From: Octopus bimaculoides | Lineage: Eukaryota | DNA length: 32,797 bases | Reading direction: 5' to 3' | Assembly: GCF_001194135.2 (NCBI RefSeq) | Contig: NC_069009.1 | Span: 650,661 to 683,457, forward strand | Part shown: piece after piece, positions 1 through 8,188 of the stretch | Layout: each line of letters starts with the position of its first letter | Position numbering within the stretch: the first letter of the stretch is position 1 | The notes under the pieces: generated by a model | The model's input: only the letters and a program-made list of their open reading frames with translations | What the model was told of the DNA's origin: nothing | The model's database searches: none | Program-made: the position numbers and the translations under genes

Positions 1-44
<44 letters not shown>

Positions 45-72
45 GCATATATATATATATGTACATATATAT
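1..72. repeat. (AT)n microsatellite
   Basis: Pure AT dinucleotide run at the window start, decaying into ATAC/ATGC variants. Confidence 0.95.
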
Positions 73-590
73 GCATATACTCATATATTATTTGTACTAC
101 ACGATCGAACGCATGCCTCATCATTGCAAGTAAATTTTGAACTTTATACCAATAATGTATACAGACATATATGTTCTTACCAAAGTAATTAGGGGTTTGT
201 CCTTCCAGGTATGTAAAAGTTTGATAGTTGTCATATAGACTTTAGTCTCTCTCTATCACCTTTCAACAGCATTATTGATGAAGAGACAATAGAACAATTT
301 TACAACATAATAAAAATAAGTTTTATTTTTTTGATGATGCTTGGTTTCACAATTCCTGTCATTCAGCTTAGCAGCCACTGATTGAGTTGTAGTTTGGTAT
401 TGGAAGGTTAAGGGCTTCCTTGATGCCTGCCAGAGACGCAAGTAGCTATCACCATCGAAGGCATCGAGGTGAAGAGTGCTTCGTCGAGGAGCGAAGAGTT
501 GTCATGTAGAAGGTCTGTCGCGCAACTGCCTAACAAAATGAAACTCACTCTTTAAGTACCAGTTTTACTACACATGCACAACTCGAGGAG

Positions 591-622
591 CTTCCGGTGG
601 TGATGTCCCCTGCGCATGCGCA
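591..622. promoter_or_regulatory. Candidate housekeeping-type promoter core (ETS + NRF1-type motifs)
   Basis: CTTCCGG (reverse complement of ETS CCGGAAG) at 591-597 and the perfect palindrome TGCGCATGCGCA (NRF1 consensus) at 611-622, in a locally CpG-containing patch. Motif match only. Confidence 0.45.
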
Positions 623-905
623 GAATAGTACTTCCTCAATGGCGGTTATAATTTCGCGCCTCTACACATACATCCACAAGTCACTGACTGAATACACTAT
701 GTGTGATCTAAGTCATACTGGACTACACTCGCTACACGTATTCCAGTTTGATTACAGACTCCAAATCCAAACGAGTGTAAGTTTCCGAGTTAGGCAGAGA
801 ATAATTAATAACAAAGATGGTTTGTGGTCCACTACTGTTGTGTCAGACATATTCTTTAATGATGAACAAAAGTGTGACATCCTGCAAAACAACTGTTTTA
901 GTCTA

Positions 906-1232
906 GTTGCCAGTACCGCCTGACTGGCCTTCGTAGGATTTTCGAGTGAGATCATTGCCAGTGCCCCTGGACTGGCTCTTGTGCGGGTGGCACATAAAAT
1001 ACACCATTTTGAGCGTGGCCGTTGCCAGTACCGCCTGACTGGCCTTCGTGCTGATGACACGTAAAAGCACCCACTACACTCTCGGAGTGGTTGGCATTAG
1101 GAAGGGCATCCAGCTGTAGAAACTCTGCCAAATCAGATTGGAGCCTGGTGTAGCCATCTGGTTTCACCAATCCTCAGTCAAATCGTCCAACCCATGCTAG
1201 CATGGAAAGCGGACATTAAACGATGATGATGA
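906..1232 (+). mobile_element. Non-LTR retroposon 3' portion / SINE-like element with (GAT)n tail
   Basis: 29-bp direct repeat GTTGCCAGTACCGCCTGACTGGCCTTCGT at 906-934 and 1021-1049. GC-richer body ending AACCCATGCTAGCATGGAAAGCGGACATTAAACGATGATGATGA, a simple-repeat tail typical of TPRT products. Family not assigned and no TSD seen. Confidence 0.65.
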
Positions 1233-1736
1233 ACTTCTCAGAAAACAGAACATAATGCCAGGAGAGTGAGTAGCTTCTGCTGTTAATAAGTTTATATTAA
1301 AGACCACGTTAGAAAGGTCTCCAGAATGTGGTGGTAGATAGGCGATGCAGCATGCGGTGAGAGAAATGAAGGGAAGAAAAACGGAGGAAAGGGATGGCTT
1401 CACAAAGATTTGTAGTACAAATCTAAGAGTTGTGAATACAATTTACGTTGGGAACCAACGCAACACTACACTAAATGGAGCCTAAGATTCTTTCAAGGAG
1501 ACAAAAACAGCAATTAAGATAGGGGAGGGGGTGACATCCTTCCATATATACTTGTATACACAAATACATAAACAGATAAATATACCGACACACATACATG
1601 CCCATACTCCTATACACACATACAGTACCAAGCAAGGGTGTTTGTTTGACAGTTTGAAACATCAAGAACATTTTCATTTTGCCTGAGTGTCAAACACACA
1701 TACGTATGTATATATATTTGGATATATACACATGAT

Positions 1737-2107
1737 GTGGAAGTGCAATGGCCCAGTGGTCAGGGCAGCGGACTTGCGGTTTCGATTCCCGGACCGGGCG
1801 TTGTGATTGTTTATTGAGTGAAAACACCTAAAAGCACCACGAGGCTCCGGCAGGGGATGGTGGCGAACCCTGCTGTACTCTTTCTCCACAACTTTCTCTC
1901 ACTCTTACTTCCTGTTCCTGTCGTGCCTGTAATTCAAAAGGATCAGCCTTGTCACATTCTGTGTCACGCTGAATATCCCCGAGAACTACGTTAAGGGTAC
2001 ACGTGTCTGTGGAGTGCTCAGCCACTTGCACGTTAATTTCACGAGCAGACTGTTCTGTTGATCGGATCAACTGGAACCCTCGACGTCGTAAGCGACGGAG
2101 TGCCAAC
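1737..2107 (+). mobile_element. tRNA-derived SINE, family A (near full length)
   Basis: Pol III A-box TGGCCCAGTGG and B-box GGTTTCGATTCCC. Body matches the copies at 17323, 20361/20598 and 28374-29820. Perfect 13-bp TSD ATATACACATGAT at 1724-1736 and 2108-2120. Confidence 0.92.
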
Positions 2108-2649
2108 ATATACACATGATATATATCCAAATATACAAACACATGGACATGGTAATGTATTCTTGTACTGACATATACGCCAACACATCTACATATTTAC
2201 GCATGTATGTATCACACTTTTCTAAGATTTTGCCATTTTGTTGAATATGTTGCACAAATAGCACATGTGAAAAATTTGAAGTTTTTTAATTTGTCTGTAG
2301 AAGGGACTCCATGCTTCTACCCCATACAAAAGTATGTTCAAAATACAAGAAATGTATACACTTATTTGAGTTATCAGACTGATATCGTGTTCACACAAAC
2401 ACACATACATGTATATATAAAATTAAATACACATCCGAAAGGGCTACTACTAGTTTCATGCTATTAGGATACGTGAACAAGCATATTTATAAACTATGCC
2501 ATGTATCTTAAGGGTATACAGCCAAATCTGGGTGGAACTTGGAGCAGCACTGGCTTTCTACCTCATGCCTGCATATGAAATGGACCTTAAAGTATGATAA
2601 TGATGATGATGAAAACACAACAAAGACAAAATCAATATCACTTAAAACT

Positions 2650-2655
2650 TTTATT
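2650..2655 (-). other. Candidate polyadenylation signal of the minus-strand ZNF gene
   Basis: TTTATT on plus = AATAAA on minus, ~245 nt downstream of the stop at 2898. A common hexamer in AT-rich DNA. Confidence 0.3.
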
Positions 2656-2897
2656 CATTATTTTCCAAGAAATTCCTCAAAAATCCAGCACGATCATCTT
2701 CAGAAATCAAAGTCATTTCTGTGTTGATATATTTAAATACATACATGATGTTAAGGTTGATATTCATGAATCTCATATTGATATTGATGCAATTGAAGTT
2801 GATAATGTCAAGCTTGGAGAGGAATAAACCCTGTCTTTTAGCAGACAAAATATTCATAATTGTTGTCCTGTTGTAATAAATTTTGATATTGATACTG

Positions 2898-4554
2898 TTA
2901 CACCTGTGTATGAATATTCAGATGTTTACTTAAGTGGCCTTTTGCATGGAATGATTTACCACAGATATTACAAGGATATGGCTTCTCTCCTGTATGAATA
3001 AATTTGTGGTTTGTCAAGACATAATTTCTAGAGAAAGATTTACCACAGATATTACAATGAAATGGCTTCTCTCCTGTATGAATACGCTTGTGTTTTGTCA
3101 AGACACCATTTGTAGAGAAAGATTTACCACAGATATCACACTGATATGGTTTTTCTCCTGTATGAACACGGTTGTGTATAGTTAAAGCGCGATTTTCGGA
3201 AAATGATTCACCACAGATATCACATTGATATGGTTTTTCTCCAGTATGAATACGTTTGTGTGTAGTCAAGGAATTATTTGAAGACAATAATTTACCACAG
3301 ATATCGCATTCATATGGCTTCTCACCTGTATGTGTACGTTTGTGTTTAGCCAAGTCACCACTTCGAGAGAATGATTTACCACAGATATCACACTGATATG
3401 GTTTTTCCCCAGTATGGATACGTTTATGACTAGTTACACTGCTATTTTCAGAAAATGATTTACCACAGATATTACAATGATATGGCTTCTCTCCTGTATG
3501 AATACGCTTGTGGTTTGTCAAGACATCATTGCTAGAGAAAGATGTACCACAGATATTACAATGATATGGCTTCTCTCCTGTATGAATACGCTTGTGTTTT
3601 GTCAAGACACCATTTGTAGAGAAAGATTTACCACAGATATCACACTGATATGGTTTTTCTCCTGTATGAACACGGTTGTGTATAGTTAAAGCGCAATTTC
3701 CGGAAAATGATTTACCACAGGTATCACACTGATATGGTTTTTCTCCTGTATGAACACGGTTGTGTATAGTTAAAGCGCAATTTCCGGAAAATGATTTACC
3801 ACAGGTATNNNNNNNNNNNNNNNNNNNNNNNNNNNNNNNNNNNNNNNNNNNNNNNNNNNNNNNNNNNNNNNNNNNNNNNNNNNNNNNNNNNNNNNNNNNN
3901 NNNNNNNNNNNNNNNNNNNNNNNNNNNNNNNNNNNNNNNNNNNNNNNNNNNNNNNNNNNATTTACCACAGATATTACACTGATATGGTTTTTCCCCAGTA
4001 TGAGTACGTTTGTGCCTGATCAAGTGACTATTAGAAGACAATGATTTACCACATATATTGCATTCATATGGTTTTTCCCCAGTATGAATACGGTGATGAC
4101 TAGTCAAGTGACTACTACGGGAGAATGATTTGCCACAGGTATTGCAATGATATGGCTTCTCTCCTGTATGTGTACGTTTGTGTCTAGTCAAGTCACCACT
4201 TTCAGAGAATGATTTACCACAGATATCGCAATGATATGGCTTCTCTCCTATATGTGTAAGCTTGTGTCTAGTCAAGTGACCAATCTGAGAGAATGATTTA
4301 CCACAGATATCACAGTGATATGGTTTTTCACCAGTATGAATACGCTTGTGACAAGCCAAGTGACTACTACAAATGAATGATTTACCACAGGTATCACAAT
4401 GATATGCTTTCTCTCCTGTATGAATACGTTTGTGTACTGATAACTCACTGCTTTGACAAAATGATTTACCAGAGATATCAAAGTAATATGGCTTCTCTCC
4501 TGTATCAGGGATTTTTGGTTTAGTTATATTCATTCTAAGAGAATAATTTGTCAT
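2898..4554 (-). CDS. Tandem C2H2 zinc-finger protein (ZNF-A), about 18 fingers, no KRAB/SCAN/BTB; interrupted by assembly gap 3809-3959
   Basis: Repeating CxxC-x12-Hx3H with TGEKPY linkers at an 84-bp period. Five complete fingers plus one partial before the gap, 11 (first partial) after it, stop at 2898. CGK-to-CGK spacing across the gap is 166 nt versus 168 for two fingers, so the frame offset fits gap mis-sizing. First in-frame ATG is at 4554 (MTNYS...); the track's 4677 start is TTG. Confidence 0.9.
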
Positions 4555-4922
4555 ACATGTCACAATGATAATGTTTCTGTCATTCCTATGAATATGTTTG
4601 TGATTGGTTGTGTCACTATTCCCAGAAAATAATTTAATCTTATGTTTCTTTCGTCTGTGATCTTGCGTAATATCCAAAACAGATGTAAAACTGTCAAGTC
4701 CTTTGTAAAGTTAACCAAGTTTAATTAACCTGTAAAGCAATCACCTCCTCTACATTCCAGACAGCGAAGACAAGAAAATGTTGCTGTTAATACCATCGTC
4801 CAGAAGAAATATTTTCCAATTGTTCATCATAGATTTTACTTATATAAAGTAGTTGATTTATTGATGAATGTGCTTTGTAGATGCCTCGTCTTCCTTGGAA
4901 TAAAAGTCTCAGATGTGATATT

Positions 4923-4936
4923 CTGAAATAGGAAAA
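4923..4936 (-). other. Candidate splice acceptor for the ZNF-A coding exon
   Basis: Minus strand reads TTTTCCTATTTCAG|AATATC, a pyrimidine tract plus CAG, upstream of the finger array. Confidence 0.5.
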
Positions 4937-5114
4937 GAATGTAGTAAGAAACAGAGGATAGATGGTGAATTGACAGATTAATTCAACATTGCAAATATTA
5001 CAACATTAAGTGTCACCCATTTAATATGTATGTTTACATGGGTAAGAATGGCACATTGGGTATCCACAATGCATCCCCTCCCCGTTTCCGGGTAATATTG
5101 TAAAACCGACTTAC

Positions 5115-5143
5115 GCCCTCCTACCAATGTTCAGACCTTGTGC
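5115..5143 (-). other. Candidate 29-nt 5'UTR micro-exon of ZNF-A
   Basis: Minus strand TCCTTTGTACTTTAG|GCACAAGG...GGAGGGC|GTAAGT, with good acceptor and donor consensus on both sides. No transcript evidence. Confidence 0.35.
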
Positions 5144-5188
5144 CTAAAGTACAAAGGATTATCATTATTATTATTGCATTAAATAATA

Positions 5189-5784
5189 CAATAATAATAA
5201 TGTCTTGCAAACAACTCGCACATGCTACCAGTCGAGAACTCCCCTTACCGGAAGCTAGCAAGTGTATGGGGTCATCAGGAGAAAATGCGCGCCGTTTCGG
5301 GCCTTTTTCACGACGGCATAAATGCGCACAGACCCCCCCCCCTCACTAATATGAAGCCCCGCTTGCTAGATCAACTGGTTATTAAAAACAAAGCTCAATA
5401 TTTCTCTAGCCATCGCCTCTTTTTAACCAAATCCAGTGGTTAGCCTTCTCCACTGTATTTGAGATATCGGTCAAGGCGGTATTTACCTTACAGTGAGTTA
5501 GGCCTAACAAGAACAACAGTCGTTTCACACTGTGTCCTACAAACCCTCTACATCCAACTTCGATTGGAAAATGCTCCGCTTTCCCGCCTGCGTCTTCATA
5601 TTTCTCGAGGAGGTTTACATAACGGTCAATCTTTCGAGCCCGCGCGCCGTCCACATTATCTTCATGAGGAACCGTTAACTCGACTAGATTTACAACTTTC
5701 CTTCTTTCACACCACATTAAAATGTCCGGTTTTTCCGTAACTGGGGTGGGGAAAGAATGCTTGGCACACAGGTAGATCTGCAGT
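5189..5784 (-). mobile_element. 5'-truncated non-LTR retrotransposon with restriction-like endonuclease (Hero-like clade), C-terminal fragment plus 3'UTR
   Basis: Minus translation TADLPVCQAFFPHP, a frameshift, then VTEKPDILMWCERRKVVNLVELTVPHEDN...RKIDRY...IEVGCRGFVG...VEKANHWIWLKR (stop at 5406). The PD..ELTVP..VEVGCRGF..WLWLKR pattern matches Hero-type RLE domains. The 3'UTR ends in ATTATTATTATT at ~5189-5201. Degraded sequence may extend to ~5945. Confidence 0.8.
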
Positions 5785-6730
5785 TAAAAGGGATTAAAGG
5801 CAAAATTGACCGCGGTGCTAAGTCCTGACTTCAAATACGGTCTAGGTCGTGTTTCATCCCTTTCCGGAAATACTGGGTTCCATGTATTCGACTTCCCCCT
5901 CACATCAAAGATTTCTGGCCCTGGGCCAGAACTTGAAACCATCATCTCCCTTACTATTATTAATATAACCTTAAAGCAAATCTTTGTCAACTTCATGTTT
6001 TATCAATGCTTCATAAAGATCAGGACAACATTAATTAATGTGGCATTCTTCAATCGATTTCTTCTCATTTTACTAATTAATTACGACCATTTAATTTCTT
6101 TTATATCCCATGAAACAATCGATCGTAGGTCTTCATAAAGAACAGATCAACATTTCAGTTTACAAGCTATTATTTAAGACGAGCAAATATATTTTCCTAA
6201 TGTGGTTTTCGCTTCAAAAAGTAATTAATTTACGATCGAAAGGTTCACATAATTCTATTATTTACATTATTATTATTAATAGTATTATCATCATCATTAC
6301 AGCCTTAAAATAAATCTTTGTCAGCTTACCGTATTCAGATATAAACGAGCCAGTGATCGTTAATTAAGCACCTTAATTAAGAATCGAATTAGACCACGAT
6401 GGAAGTGGTGTATAAGTTATTTCCCTTGTTATGTTTATATTCAATTTTCCAGTAGATGGCTCTCCTGACTGGTCGGTTTCGTTCCAGTGGTTTTTTTCTT
6501 TGTCCCATTCTGTCAACAACTTCATCTTCAAGTTTTCACCAGATTATTGATATATAGGGTGATTATTTGAATTAATAGATATATATAAAAGTTTTTTTAT
6601 TATAAAGTAGTGGGTATAGAAATATTTTTGTTTGTTGTACTGAAGAGGAGAAATTGTTTGGTTTAGTTTTAAGTATAGTAAAATTTAAATTTTGTACCTT
6701 TTGCATAAGGGTTTAATAATATTATTAGGT

Positions 6731-7145
6731 GGTAATCTTCCAGTTTCGAGAGGTTAAAAAAATAAATAAAATACAAGGGAAATAACAACGTTTTACCAGT
6801 ATTATCCGTACTACTTTGTTTATGAATAAATCACGTGATTTGATTGACGTTAACTGTTTATAATATAAATCACACACGTGATTGAATATCATAGTTTCTT
6901 ATGAGAAATCAAAAAATGCCTCGTAGAAGACCGGCTGCACAACATCTTATTGTTGCTGAAAACGAAATCCTGACTCCTGAATTAATATTAGAGGAAAAAT
7001 GGATAATGCTGTTTTAGATTCTTTTCTGCCTGTTAAAATTCCGTCGCATGCTGTTTTAGAGAAAAAGTAGTACGGATAATACTGGTAAGTCGTTCAGTTA
7101 TTTCCCTTGAATATTTCTTTTACCCCTCGAAACTGGAAGATTACC
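6731..7145. mobile_element. 415-bp non-autonomous TIR element (MITE-like) flanked by a 15-bp direct repeat
   Basis: Imperfect TIRs at 6731-6817 and 7064-7145 (GGTAATCTTCCAGTTTCGAG... / ...CTCGAAACTGGAAGATTACC; inner block TTACCAGTATTATCCGTACTACTTT). The identical 15-mer ATAATATTATTAGGT lies at 6716-6730 and 7146-7160. Confidence 0.88.
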
Positions 7146-7180
7146 ATAATATTATTAGGTATATATTGTTTTCTCGAAAT

Positions 7181-7948
7181 ATAAAGCTTGGACCCTTATG
7201 ATTTGACGGGCAACATTTTTTTTATGTAGTGTTTTTGGTACCGAAACACTTTCAAACTTCGTATACTTGTATATTTTGTGGTATAGAACAGATAAAAAAT
7301 TTTGTATTCGAAGTTATTTCACGTTAAAAATTGTCTTATTTCGATAATTTCAACTAATCATTGACGTCTATTCAGTTGAATACAGTTACTGCTGTGACGG
7401 TGTATATGGTATTAATCCCCGTTAGTTCTGACATTTCCGATTAACTAGACTGTTCGTAAACAAAGGGGGAAAAGCCATCAAAATACTTGAATATTGCCTG
7501 CACTTGTTATTGGAGCTGCTACAATTATTAATGGACCTCCACCAAGTGCTTCATTTCCTAGAAATAGCAGCCAAATCTTCTTCAAATCAAACTCTAGTTT
7601 GGGGTTAGGGTTAGGGTTAATTTATTATATAAACAATATATGCGTATAAATTACGATTAAACCGGATGAAATATGTCACAGGGAATAACATTTTTATGAC
7701 CGGCCAAAAATGATTGTTTACGAAAGAGCGCTGACTGTATTCAGCTGAATAGACGTCAGTGATTGGTTGAAATTACAGAAATACGACAACTTTAACATGA
7801 AATAACTTGCGATGTACAACTTTTTGTTAAGAAGGCTAAGAGAAAAAGTTGTTTTGTATGACGCATTCTACCAGTGTCCCAAGTTTGAAAGTGTTTCGTT
7901 AAGAAAACAAGTGTTGCCCGTCAAATCACAAAGATCCTAAAGCTTTAT
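7181..7948. mobile_element. ~770-bp non-autonomous element with ~210-bp imperfect TIRs (MITE-like)
   Basis: Arms 7181-7386 and 7734-7948 share inverted blocks: ATAAAGCTT/AAGCTTTAT, TGATTTGACGGGCAACA/TGTTGCCCGTCAAATCA, CGAAACACTTTCAAACTT/AAGTTTGAAAGTGTTTCG, and TGACGTCTATTCAG.TGAATACAGT. No clear TSD. Confidence 0.8.
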
Positions 7949-8003
7949 TTGCTTTATTATATTCAAGAAGAGTGGGTGCACTCGCGCATCCGCGGTAGCG
8001 AGT

Positions 8004-8188
8004 CGTGACTAGTCGATCCTACGACTACCTAGTGTGAGTGCGCATCATGTGCAGAAATAGATCTGACACCAAAATACACCCTGGAAGGACGTAAAACAAC
8101 ATTTTAAGAGTAAGATGGGGGAAGATTCAACGAAAAGAAAATTATTTACTTTGTGTTTATTTACTTTGTTTGGGATCGACTAGTCACG
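8004..8188. repeat. Perfect 16-bp inverted repeat (153-nt spacer) abutting the start of the CpG array
   Basis: CGTGACTAGTCGATCC at 8004-8019 is the exact reverse complement of GGATCGACTAGTCACG at 8173-8188. Confidence 0.9.

Noticed and set aside
1399-1436. 19-bp palindrome AGATTTGTA-G-TACAAATCT with 7-bp outer arms
   Set aside because: An isolated, AT-rich short palindrome with no associated feature; it could arise by chance or local fold-back.
2594-2827. Acidic plus-strand ORF (..DIHESHIDIDAIEVDNVKLGEE)
   Set aside because: Short, with no recognisable domain, and antisense to the probable ZNF-A 3'UTR.
3661-3808. Exact 84-bp finger duplication (GNCALTIHNRVH twice)
   Set aside because: It abuts an N-gap, so it may be a contig-end overlap. 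It is not counted as biological without long reads.
5164-5201. 13-bp inverted repeat ATTATTATTATTG / CAATAATAATAAT
   Set aside because: Opposed microsatellite runs of low complexity.
5268-5303. Hammerhead-like GAAA...CTGATGA on the minus strand in the Hero 3'UTR
   Set aside because: Only 16 nt separate the motifs (too short for stems I and III), and the stem II flanks (GCCC/CCCC) cannot pair.
6360-6380. Paired TTAATTAA homeodomain-like palindromes
   Set aside because: Expected frequently in AT-rich DNA, with no supporting context.
7602-7619. Interstitial telomere
   Set aside because: Only about three TTAGGG units, inside a TIR element.
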